From Promethearchaeota archaeon (lineage in GTDB: Archaea; Asgardarchaeota; Lokiarchaeia; Sigyniarchaeales; SOKP01): a stretch of 64,000 nt of DNA. Positions 55,197 to 64,000 of this stretch are shown here, piece after piece (position 1 is the stretch's first letter; every line of letters starts with the position of its first letter). The DNA is taken from positions 91,753-155,752 of the forward strand of contig JBHLOY010000005.1 of assembly GCA_048939995.1 (NCBI GenBank), in the 5' to 3' direction. Under the pieces are notes generated by a model, which saw only the letters and a program-made list of their open reading frames with translations, was not told the origin of the DNA and searched no databases. The position numbers and the translations under genes were made by a program.

Positions 55197-55958
55197 TTAT
55201 ATCCTTACAAAAACGGGTGTATTTTCAATAATCTCACCAAATTCTACTTCACTTCTCGATTTTAATGCCAATATATGCTTCAGTACTCTGCTTGGATCAA
55301 TATCTAATTCTTTTGCTAAATCTTTAACAGATTTAGAATATTTTTCTAACGCTAATAAGATTAGGTGACGTTCGTATTCTTCTATAATAGCTTTTTCCAT
55401 TAACTTATTAAACTCTTCTTCGGGGTATTTTTCCCCATATACGTTCTCTTCTTCAGTAATTTTTCTCTGTCTGCCTACCAATGCTCTCATTCTATTGCAA
55501 GAAACCGCCATCTTTATTGCTCTAACTTTTTCCAGAAGTTCATGATCAGGATTATCTCCACTCAGAGGTGAAGGTCCCAATTCTTTAACATCATTTACAA
55601 ATTTAGTAACAACTTCACTAAATCTTTGGCCTTCTGAAGCCGAAACCCAGTCTAGTCTAATTCTATCATCAAGTCCAATAATTTTAAGAAATTTTTGAGT
55701 CATTTCAAACTTTTTTACAGCTTCATAATTTCCTTCTAAATAATGACAATCGCCGATATGGCATCCCATAACATAAACACCATCTAGACCTAATTCAAGA
55801 GCTTGAATAACAAATTTAGGATCAACTCGACCGCTACACATAACCCTAATAACCCTCATGTTTGGAGGGTATTGTATTCTACTTACTCCCGCTAGATCCG
55901 CTCCCGCATAGGAACACCAATTACATAAAAATCCTAAAAATCTTGGTTCAAAACTCAT
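55197..55958 (-). CDS. mvhD: MvhD domain with C-terminal extension ending in a winged-helix-like segment
   Basis: FLCNWCSYAGAD, GCHIGDCHY; tail SKSVKDLAKELDIDPSRVLKHILALK; ATG at 55958. Confidence 0.85.
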   Translation of the reverse strand: MSFEPRFLGFLCNWCSYAGADLAGVSRIQYPPNMRVIRVMCSGRVDPKFVIQALELGLDGVYVMGCHIGDCHYLEGNYEAVKKFEMTQKFLKIIGLDDRIRLDWVSASEGQRFSEVVTKFVNDVKELGPSPLSGDNPDHELLEKVRAIKMAVSCNRMRALVGRQRKITEEENVYGEKYPEEEFNKLMEKAIIEEYERHLILLALEKYSKSVKDLAKELDIDPSRVLKHILALKSRSEVEFGEIIENTPVFVRI

Positions 55959-55960
55959 GA

Positions 55961-57643
55961 TTATTGGCCTCCACAAGCTAATATTTCAGATATAATTTGA
56001 TCATCTGTAAAATGTTTGATTACAATGGCTTGATTAGTGCATGTGGCCCCACAAACTCCACAACCTTTGCATAATGCTTCTATAATTTCAATTTCATCAT
56101 TTTCATTCTTAATAATGGCGTGGAATGGGCACACTTTCACACATACCTCACAACCCGTACACAATGACTTATTATATTCTGGTAAACTTGAGGTTGCACC
56201 TTCCACTTCTTTCTCTTTATGAGATAAAATTGTACTAGCTCTTGATGCTGCGGAATAACCCTGAGTTATAGCTTCTGCGATATCGACAGGCCATTTCGCA
56301 GTACCTCCAATATATACTCCATCTGTGGCAAAATCACTAGGACGGAGTTTTACGTGTGCCTCCAGAAAGAAATTATTTGCTTCTGTAGGAACCTTTAATA
56401 ATTGAGCAAGAACTTTATTATCATCATTAGCAACTAATGGAGTGCTTAAAACTAAGAGATCATATGGGATAATCATCTCACTACCAATGTATTCATTAAA
56501 AACTTTGATTTGATTTTCATCGACATTTGGTAACTTATCCACATCATACTTTACAAAAATAATTCCACTTTCTCTCGCTCTCCTATAATAATCTTCATAA
56601 ATTGTTCCAGGAGTATATAAATCCCTAAATAATATAGTCACATGAGTATCAGGATTTTTTTCTTTTATTATTAGGGCATTCTTTAGTGCTGTCATACAAC
56701 AAACAGAAGAACAGTATGGTATATCATCATTTCGAGAGCCCGCACATTGAATCATAACAACATCATTCGCAACTAATTCATTCTTCTTTAATTTTGATTC
56801 CAATTCAAGTTGGGTTATTCGTTTCTGTCCATCATAGCTAAATAAACCTTTTGGATCCAAAATAGAAGAACCAACCGCTACAATAATCGCTCCAACTTCT
56901 AATTTTCGAAGATTTCCTTCTTTTTCTACTTCCACTTCAAAATTACCAACAAATCCATCAATATTTTTTACTTGAGTTGATGTCAATACTTCTAGATTTT
57001 TAGCACTCTGAATATTAGAAATAAGTTTTCCTACAAATTCGGATGCTTCAATATCATACGGGAACAATATATTAAGTGTATTTAATCTTCCCCCTAAATG
57101 CTCTTCCTTCTCAACTAAAAATGTTTTGAATCCTTGACGGCTTAAGCTAAGAGCAGCACTCATTCCAGCTACACCTCCTCCGATTACCAATGCAGTGGGA
57201 TTAACATCAATTTTTATCATGTTGAGAGGTTCAAGTTTTATTGCTTTAGCTATTCCCATTCTAACGAGATCCATCGCTTTCTCATAAGCTCTCTCTGTAT
57301 CCTTCATATGAACCCAAGTACATTGATCTCTGATATTAACAAAATTAAATAGGTATTTGTTTAGACCAGCTTCTGAAACACATTCACGGAACAAAGGTTC
57401 ATGTGTTCTGGGTGTACACGATGCAACTACTACTCTGTTTAACTTATGCTCTTTTACTGCATTTTTAATACTGGTTAAGCCAGCTTCAGAACATGTATAT
57501 AAATTATCTTCACTATGGGTAACATTATCCAAAGTACCTGCATATTCTGCTAACTTTTTACAATCAATGAACCCTCCAATGTTTGAACCGCAATGGCAGA
57601 TGAAGACGCCAACCCTTACTTCTTTTTCATTATTCTCTGACAT
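55961..57643 (-). CDS. hdrA: HdrA-like subunit (N-terminal FeS domain, FAD domain, C-terminal ferredoxin)
   Basis: GVFICHCG, SCTPRTHE, GGGVAG, CSSVCC, CTGCEVC and CKGCGVC. Confidence 0.92.
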   Translation of the reverse strand: MSENNEKEVRVGVFICHCGSNIGGFIDCKKLAEYAGTLDNVTHSEDNLYTCSEAGLTSIKNAVKEHKLNRVVVASCTPRTHEPLFRECVSEAGLNKYLFNFVNIRDQCTWVHMKDTERAYEKAMDLVRMGIAKAIKLEPLNMIKIDVNPTALVIGGGVAGMSAALSLSRQGFKTFLVEKEEHLGGRLNTLNILFPYDIEASEFVGKLISNIQSAKNLEVLTSTQVKNIDGFVGNFEVEVEKEGNLRKLEVGAIIVAVGSSILDPKGLFSYDGQKRITQLELESKLKKNELVANDVVMIQCAGSRNDDIPYCSSVCCMTALKNALIIKEKNPDTHVTILFRDLYTPGTIYEDYYRRARESGIIFVKYDVDKLPNVDENQIKVFNEYIGSEMIIPYDLLVLSTPLVANDDNKVLAQLLKVPTEANNFFLEAHVKLRPSDFATDGVYIGGTAKWPVDIAEAITQGYSAASRASTILSHKEKEVEGATSSLPEYNKSLCTGCEVCVKVCPFHAIIKNENDEIEIIEALCKGCGVCGATCTNQAIVIKHFTDDQIISEILACGGQ

Positions 57644-57649
57644 ATTATT

Positions 57650-58957
57650 TTAACCTCCTTTAACTACTTCAGCAGCTCTTGCAGCTGCTCCACTTGCTTC
57701 TGCAACTGAGCGTGGAATATCCATTGGTTCATGTACACATCCACATGTAAAAACTCCTTCTTTGCTTGTTTCTACAGGGACAAACGGAGTTGTTTTTATG
57801 AAGTTATAATTATTCAACTCAATGCCTAATATTTCAGCTAATTTATCAATCCCTTGGGGTGGGATAATGCATGTGGCTAGAACAACCATATCAAATTTCA
57901 TTTCTTTGATTTCATCAGTATCTAAATCTTCATAAACCACTATTGGATTCTCTTCTTTGTCAATTTTAACTTCAGCAATCTTGCTTTTAATATAATGAAT
58001 ATTGGCTTCTTCTTCACCTCTATGGAGAAATGATTGGAAACCTTTCCCACCTGCTCTCATATCTATATAAAATACATAAGACTCTAACTCATTGTCATGC
58101 TCATGAGCAATAATAGCTTCTTTTGTAGTATACATACAGCAAATAGATGAGCAATATTTTTCTGCTTTATCAGTTCGGGATCCAATGCACTGAAGGAATG
58201 CAATTTTTTTTGGAGTCTTTCCATCAGAGAATCTCTTAATATGTCCTTCTTGAGGACCTGAAGCACATTCTAATCTCTCAAATTCTAAAGCTGTAACTAC
58301 ATTCCTGTATTTTTTATAACCATAATTTCTTAATACTTCTATGTTTGTATCTTCAATTAAATTATAACCTGTAGCCACAATAATTGAACCGATGTTATCA
58401 AGGTTAATTACTTCGTCATTTTGTTCAAAATCAATTGCTTCTCTTTCGCATGCTTTTTCGCATATTCGACATGCATTTTTTGTGAACCATAAACACTTAT
58501 CCTTATCTATTGTCATGATGGCGGGAACCCCTTGGAGATAATACATATAAATTGCTCTTCTCTTCCTTAACTGCCGGTCAAACTCATCTTCCACTCTCAT
58601 TGGACATTTTTCAGCACAAACTCCACAATTAATACATTCGTCCTCTTTTACATAACGAGCTCGTTTTAGGATTTCTACTGAGAAATTCCCAAGCTCTCCT
58701 TCTACCTTCTGTACTTCAGCATAGGAATACAGGGTAATATTAGGATGACGATAACATTCTGATAACTTTGGAGCTAAAATACAAATTGAGCAATCATTTG
58801 TAGGAAAAGTTTTATCCAATTGAGCCATTCTTCCTCCAATACTAGGCTTCTTTTCAACCATATCCACATGAATTCCCATATCAGCCAAATCCAAGGCTGC
58901 TTGAATTCCTGCAATTCCTCCACCTATAACTAACACACTCTTTGAGGATTCTCCCAA
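57650..58957 (-). CDS. hdrA: HdrA-like subunit (FAD domain with inserted ferredoxin)
   Basis: GGGIAG, LDKTFPTNDCSIC, CINCGVC, CSSICC; TTG start 6 nt after GGAGG. Confidence 0.92.
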   Translation of the reverse strand: MGESSKSVLVIGGGIAGIQAALDLADMGIHVDMVEKKPSIGGRMAQLDKTFPTNDCSICILAPKLSECYRHPNITLYSYAEVQKVEGELGNFSVEILKRARYVKEDECINCGVCAEKCPMRVEDEFDRQLRKRRAIYMYYLQGVPAIMTIDKDKCLWFTKNACRICEKACEREAIDFEQNDEVINLDNIGSIIVATGYNLIEDTNIEVLRNYGYKKYRNVVTALEFERLECASGPQEGHIKRFSDGKTPKKIAFLQCIGSRTDKAEKYCSSICCMYTTKEAIIAHEHDNELESYVFYIDMRAGGKGFQSFLHRGEEEANIHYIKSKIAEVKIDKEENPIVVYEDLDTDEIKEMKFDMVVLATCIIPPQGIDKLAEILGIELNNYNFIKTTPFVPVETSKEGVFTCGCVHEPMDIPRSVAEASGAAARAAEVVKGG

Positions 58958-58995
58958 ATTTAACCTCCTCTAAATTAATATTTTTCTTTTTTAAT

Positions 58996-59871
58996 TTAAA
59001 CTTCAAATCCAATACTTTCGAATAAAGTATTCGGCTTTATTCTGTGAAAATTAAATCCTAATTCTTCTGGTTTAAATCCAAAGGCTATAGCAACTAACTC
59101 AGATAAGTAAAAGATCGGGATATTATATTCAGAACCTTTCTGTTTATTTAGCTCTCTTTGATTAAATTCATATTGTTGATAACAAGCTGGACAAACTACA
59201 ACAACACAATTTGCTCCAGCTTCACTGATTGCTTTCAATTTGTTATCAATCATTGTAAGAGACAGATCCTTGTCCGATTTCTCAACGGGATTACCGCAAC
59301 ATTCCATTTTTAACTCATAGTCAATTGATTCTGCTCCTAGTGCTTTGACTATCTCATCAATAGTCTGGGGTTCAAATGGATCATCCCAGTTAATGATTTC
59401 TGAAGGACGTAGATAGTGGCACCCATAATGCACAGCAACCTTAAATCCCTCCAAAGATTTTTCAATATTCTCCTCTACTTTTTCGATGTTCTCATATAGA
59501 ACCTGGGCAAAGTGCTTAACTTCTGTTTTTCCTTCGTAGTTCTTACCAATTTTTTTTAAATATGCATTTATTTCTTTTTTAACTAGATCATCTTTATTAA
59601 TGTAATGATTTACACCTTTTAGGGTCTCAACGCAACCTGAACAGAAGGAAATCACGCCACCATTTTTATTGCATAAACTTAAATTTCTTGCTCCTAAAGC
59701 TAACCATGTTTTATGATCTATTTGTTCAATCCCAGTTGGATCTGGGCAACAGCTAAATCCATCAACGTCATGCAATTCTATGCCGAGCTTTTCAAAAATT
59801 TTTCTTGAAGATGCTTCTAAATAAGGTAACCTTGCTGGGATTACACAACCTAAAAATAAATCAAACGTCAT
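58996..59871 (-). CDS. hdrB: Heterodisulfide reductase subunit B
   Basis: FLGC, SCCP, CSGC, HYGCH, CCG, CPAC (two CCG domains). Confidence 0.93.
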   Translation of the reverse strand: MTFDLFLGCVIPARLPYLEASSRKIFEKLGIELHDVDGFSCCPDPTGIEQIDHKTWLALGARNLSLCNKNGGVISFCSGCVETLKGVNHYINKDDLVKKEINAYLKKIGKNYEGKTEVKHFAQVLYENIEKVEENIEKSLEGFKVAVHYGCHYLRPSEIINWDDPFEPQTIDEIVKALGAESIDYELKMECCGNPVEKSDKDLSLTMIDNKLKAISEAGANCVVVVCPACYQQYEFNQRELNKQKGSEYNIPIFYLSELVAIAFGFKPEELGFNFHRIKPNTLFESIGFEV

Positions 59872-59877
59872 TTCTAA

Positions 59878-60372
59878 TCACTCCCCTTTAGTTACATATT
59901 TTTCAAATTGGGTTTCTTTAAGCAACGTTTTTATTTCTTCCATTGAAGCCGTTTTTATTTGAGGAAGTTTAAGTTTTTCCCGCCTAGCTATTATTGCATT
60001 CGAGTAAGGTATAGCAATTCCATTACCTAAAACAGCTTTTGCTTGAGCCCTAAACGCATCTGGTATCTTTCCTTTCTCAAAACACTTGTGCTTTACTAAT
60101 GAAAAAATTTCCGTCAATTCAACCTTCTGAGGGCATAATTCCACACATTTCTGACAAGTAGAACATAACCATGGGTTAGGATCTTGGCTCTCAATAAGTT
60201 TATCTTGAAGTCCTAAAATAGCTTCTTCTATTATTTTTCTAGGATTATAAGTCCCACTCGTTATCAACGCAACAGGACATCCACCAGAACAGGTTGAACA
60301 CTGATAACAATAACTTAAAGAGGCATTATGCTTAAGTACCTCGTTTCTAAACTCAAAATTTATGACACTCAT
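59878..60372 (-). CDS. hdrC: Heterodisulfide reductase subunit C
   Basis: CYQCSTCSGGCP, WLCSTCQKCVELCP. Confidence 0.93.
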   Translation of the reverse strand: MSVINFEFRNEVLKHNASLSYCYQCSTCSGGCPVALITSGTYNPRKIIEEAILGLQDKLIESQDPNPWLCSTCQKCVELCPQKVELTEIFSLVKHKCFEKGKIPDAFRAQAKAVLGNGIAIPYSNAIIARREKLKLPQIKTASMEEIKTLLKETQFEKYVTKGE

Positions 60373-60439
60373 GTAAATATCCTAGAGTATTCTGTTTAAT
60401 TTTGATAATTGTATAACCAATATAAATTTTATAAATAAC

Positions 60440-60452
60440 TTTTATAACTTTT
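60440..60452 (-). promoter_or_regulatory. Candidate BRE/TATA of the hdr operon
   Basis: AAAAGTTATAAAA on the minus strand about 70 nt upstream of the hdrC ATG. Confidence 0.35.
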
Positions 60453-60522
60453 CTTTGCCATTTTCAAATATATTTGCTCAAGGATATCACGATTTTAAAA
60501 AAAGTTATAAAAATTAAATATT

Positions 60523-60542
60523 TTCTCGATTTAAATCGAGAA
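60523..60542. promoter_or_regulatory. Perfect 20-bp palindrome (operator or terminator hairpin)
   Basis: TTCTCGATTTAAATCGAGAA is its own reverse complement. Confidence 0.5.
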
Positions 60543-60561
60543 GTTTGAATAATTTATACTC

Positions 60562-60831
60562 TTATTCTAAATGCTTCTGGAGATCAATATAGATGGGTAT
60601 TTTATCGTCTTTCTTCTTAATGACTACTTTTAGAAGACCCCCCTCAATTGAAGTACTCAATGGCTCAATTGCCTCTATTGATTCAGCATCTTTCAATTTC
60701 TTGTTTTTAGTTTTCAAACATGTATGTTCCTCGTTATAGAGATTACATTTCGAACAACAAAAGCCTATAGGCATAAAGCCTACTATGGAGCACTTATCAT
60801 AATTCTCACAATTACAATTATTACAGATAAT
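60562..60831 (-). CDS. 8-Cys microprotein; probable ATT (or ATC) start (track start 60774 is truncated)
   Basis: Extension ICNNCNCENYDKCSIVGF aligns with the neighbour's MCNSCKCENSHQCSIIGY; GGAGG 6 nt before ATT. Confidence 0.7.
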   Translation of the reverse strand: MICNNCNCENYDKCSIVGFMPIGFCCSKCNLYNEEHTCLKTKNKKLKDAESIEAIEPLSTSIEGGLLKVVIKKKDDKIPIYIDLQKHLE

Positions 60832-60880
60832 CTATCTCCTCCGCCTTTTTAATCCCTTGGTGCTTTGCTTATTCTTAATT

Positions 60881-61081
60881 TTATTCGTTTGGAATTACTA
60901 ATGTCTTATCAGCGTGTTTAAAAACAACTTTAGGAACAATCTTTTCAAAATTGAATCTCTCTTTTAAACACGTAAGCTCTACAGTGTATCCAGCACATTT
61001 AGTACAACAGAATCCTGGAGAATTTATGTAACCTATTATCGAACATTGATGTGAATTTTCACATTTGCATGAATTACACAT
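60881..61081 (-). CDS. 8-Cys microprotein, tandem paralogue
   Basis: C-x2-C-x-C-x5-C-x11-CC-x2-C-x8-C. Confidence 0.75.
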   Translation of the reverse strand: MCNSCKCENSHQCSIIGYINSPGFCCTKCAGYTVELTCLKERFNFEKIVPKVVFKHADKTLVIPNE

Positions 61082-61639
61082 TTTAACTCAGTTTTTTTTT
61101 TTTTAAATTTTTTAATTTTTTCCTTAATGATCTAATATAATAAACTACTATTTAAATGTTGATCATTTTTTATGATTCTGATAGAAAATGTTTTTGAAAA
61201 GCGATATAAATCCGAAAAATGATCACATAAAAGTACGATACTTGAATATTTTAATATAAACATCCTCTGTAGTGATCATAATCATACACTTTTTCAAAAT
61301 CGTCAATTTCTTAATGAAAATGGATAAAATTAAAAGTTTCTTCTATCCTAATTTACATTTTTTATAAATTTTACGATCAAATATAACTAAAAATTATCAA
61401 GCATCTCTACTATAATTTTAGTAACTATTATTATCTTTTATATATAGAATGAAATGTTGCCCAAAATACCTAAATTTTCTCACCTTGAGTGAGTTAGAAG
61501 AATGTGCTACATTTTTCCTCTTTTTATTCGATTCTTTTAATGATGCAATATTGCGCTAAAATTCCTACCTATAGAGAAAAAAGAATTTAAATTTACATAT
61601 CTAACTTTTAAACAACCAATATTTTGTGAGTTGGAAAAT

Positions 61640-62377
61640 ATGGAACAAGGTTATCAATTTATAATTGTAGAGAAAAAGGGTAAAAAAGCTATAATTAACT
61701 TTAATCGCCCAGAAAAAAAGAATGCTTTAAATAAGGCAATGAGAGCAGAAATCATAGATGTTTTAAATTCTCTTAAGGAAGATAAAAGGGTTAAGGCAGT
61801 AATTTTTTATGGAGGGGAAGATGTTTTTTCCACTGGGTTTGATAGGGATGAAGTTCAGGCATTGGTTCAAGGAAAAGAGGATTATAAAAAATTTATCGAT
61901 GCAAATCATCTTTTTCATCAAACTATTTTTGAATTTCCTAAATTATTAATTGCTGCTGTAAATGGATATGCGCTAGGTGGAGCTTTTGATCTTGCTGTAA
62001 TTTGTCATCTTCGGGTTGCTTCGAAAGGAGCACTTTTTGGTCATCCTGAGATAAGATTTGGAGCATGTCCACTCTTCTTTCCTTACATGATTTTAGTAGG
62101 ACGTGGTAAAGCGCTTGAAATTACCTTAAATACAGGAACCAAGGAAACATTTCTCAATGCTGAGGAAGCATATAGATTGAATCTTATTAATAAATTAGTT
62201 GAAAAAGGGGAATTAATAAGGGAGGCCATTAATATGGCTGACCAAGTCATTCAATCACCGGAATTTGTGGTGAAACAGTTACTTCAAGTAAATAATATAT
62301 TCTTCGACCAAGTTAAAGCCTTTGACACTGAAATAGATAGTATTGTTAAAAGTATGAGCTCAATGTTAGGTTTATAA
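61640..62377 (+). CDS. Enoyl-CoA hydratase/isomerase (crotonase) family protein
   Basis: FNRPEKKNALN, FSTGFD, AAVNGYALGG, HPEIRFG. Confidence 0.9.
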   Translation: MEQGYQFIIVEKKGKKAIINFNRPEKKNALNKAMRAEIIDVLNSLKEDKRVKAVIFYGGEDVFSTGFDRDEVQALVQGKEDYKKFIDANHLFHQTIFEFPKLLIAAVNGYALGGAFDLAVICHLRVASKGALFGHPEIRFGACPLFFPYMILVGRGKALEITLNTGTKETFLNAEEAYRLNLINKLVEKGELIREAINMADQVIQSPEFVVKQLLQVNNIFFDQVKAFDTEIDSIVKSMSSMLGL

Positions 62378-62488
62378 TAATTATCTTTTCACTATCCTCA
62401 TTTTTTAAAGCGCATTTCTTTCTGAGGAAAAATTAAAGTTAATTGAAAAATAGAAGATTTAGATAAAAAATTTTGAAAAAAGTTAGTG

Positions 62489-63541
62489 CTAAATTAGCTG
62501 ATTAACAGGTATCTTTTTAATATTATGATAAGCATTTTTTAAACATCTCTCAGCATCTTCTACAATGTTATTTATTATATCTGAAACACACTCGACACTA
62601 TCAATAAGTCCCACACTTTGGCCTAAATAAGCTATACCCTCCTCAATGTTTCCCTCGTAAGTTCTTTCTAACTCAGCTAACTCTTGTTCCACCTTTGACA
62701 TTGAAGTCTCTGCTGCTTTTTTTTCTTCCTTACTCTCAACTAGGTTATGGTTTTCAGCCATTTTATTTTTCCATACCCTAGCAGGACCAAAAATCCCCGT
62801 TTTTAATTCAGTATCAGAAGCAGTCGATTCAACAACGATTTTCTTATAATTATCATGAAATTCACATTCTTTAGCTGATATAAATCTAGAACCCATTGCG
62901 ATAGCTCCAGCACCCATTGATAATGCAGAGGCTAATCCTTCACCGGTAGCATAGCCTCCTGAAGCGATGATCGGAACTTCCGGCAAATATTTTCTTATTT
63001 GCTGAAGCAAGACTAATGTACTTATATTTTCATAAGACTGATGTCCACCACCTTCAGATCCAGTAATAACCAATCCATCAATACCACTATCAACCAATTT
63101 TTGAGCAAGATATAGCGTAGGAGCAACATGGAAATGCTTGATATTGGATCCACTCTCCCTTAATTTTTCAAAGTGCTTATTATATATCAATCTCGGAGAT
63201 CCTGCACTTGTAATCAGAAATACACATTGTTCTTTTATCCTTTGATTTTCCATAATAAATCTCGGAAGTTGTCTACATAGTTTTATGGCATCTGGTTGCA
63301 ATCTAGCCGTTCTTATGTTAAAACCAAAAGGTTTATCAGTATGCTCGACAACATATTCCATACTTTTTTTCATTTCCTCTAAAGTCACTGTTCCATGTAT
63401 CGTGACATGACTTAAAACACCTAGTCCTCCCGCTTCAGATACTGCCACAGTTAATTTTGTCGTATAAAAAGGACCCATTGGAGCACTTAAAATAGGGTGT
63501 TTAATACCCAACATTTTTGTAATATTTGTTTCAATTACCAT
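62489..63541 (-). CDS. Nitronate monooxygenase / FabK-like flavin oxidoreductase
   Basis: PILSAPMG, VSEAGGLG, EGGGH, IASGG, MGSRF, GQSVGLI. Confidence 0.85.
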   Translation of the reverse strand: MVIETNITKMLGIKHPILSAPMGPFYTTKLTVAVSEAGGLGVLSHVTIHGTVTLEEMKKSMEYVVEHTDKPFGFNIRTARLQPDAIKLCRQLPRFIMENQRIKEQCVFLITSAGSPRLIYNKHFEKLRESGSNIKHFHVAPTLYLAQKLVDSGIDGLVITGSEGGGHQSYENISTLVLLQQIRKYLPEVPIIASGGYATGEGLASALSMGAGAIAMGSRFISAKECEFHDNYKKIVVESTASDTELKTGIFGPARVWKNKMAENHNLVESKEEKKAAETSMSKVEQELAELERTYEGNIEEGIAYLGQSVGLIDSVECVSDIINNIVEDAERCLKNAYHNIKKIPVNQLI

Positions 63542-64000
63542 TTGATATCACAATTTCGCGTTTTTCATATTTGATTTAATATATTAACCATTCAATTATA
63601 AAATCAAATAATTAGTTATTTTAATCAAAAGTTAATTTATAAAACTTTTACATGAAAACACAATATTAAAAGTATTATTTTCTAAACGCAGTTACTACTA
63701 TTTCTTATATTCTTTATTACATGCTGAAGTTGAAGTACAATTATAAAGAAATATAAATTTAATTAAATCCGTTTCATATTTACACTAACTCTGTTCCTTA
63801 GTTTAAATTTAGAAAAATTTAGGCGTAAATTGCTTGATCTTGAATTACTTATGAAAAATTAGATTCTAATTCAATTAATATAATCTCTGGACAAATATGT
63901 TAACTTTAACTCTTTTTTTTTTTTTTAACTTGAATTTGTTGCTCTTTAAATACTTTTTACGCGAATTATGATGATCACAAATTTTCTACCTTAACCTACA

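Noticed and set aside
61092-61104. Poly-T homopolymer as a phase-variation tract (also about 63914-63926)
   Set aside because: Intergenic, in very AT-rich DNA; cannot be told apart from background or terminators without reads
63542-64000. Hidden gene or RNA at the window end
   Set aside because: Only very short ORFs in AT-rich sequence; probably the promoter region of a gene beyond the window

Overview
AT-rich archaeal chromosome segment, almost certainly from an Asgard archaeon of the Lokiarchaeia/Promethearchaeia type. The assignment rests on a bona fide actin (Lokiactin), a Rab-like GTPase, roadblock and longin-like proteins and an SDS22-type LRR protein lying among archaeal core genes (Cdc48, FEN1, Nob1, aIF5A, SRP54, Rpo6, Hef, DinB, PurB/PurM, PyrC, NadC, TldDE). 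The window also holds an unassigned sugar/polyol catabolism cluster (FGGY kinases, SCP2, a dehydrogenase-aldolase fusion, a pseudo-aldolase-kinase fusion) and a ~13 kb HdrABC-MvhD-Flx-FrhB electron-bifurcation operon. I saw no CRISPR array, rRNA or transposase. Points the ORF track misses: (1) a 7-TM receptor-like gene interrupted by one in-frame TAG, directly upstream of a longin-like gene; (2) three genes whose reading frames need non-canonical ATA/ATC/ATT starts, each 6 nt after a Shine-Dalgarno motif; (3) a tRNA-Val(CAC) with two introns at non-canonical positions; (4) a tandem pair of 8-Cys microproteins and a perfect 20-bp palindrome ahead of the Hdr operon; (5) an internally deleted remnant copy of a membrane-protein gene. 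All family calls come from motif recognition by eye; no searches were run.
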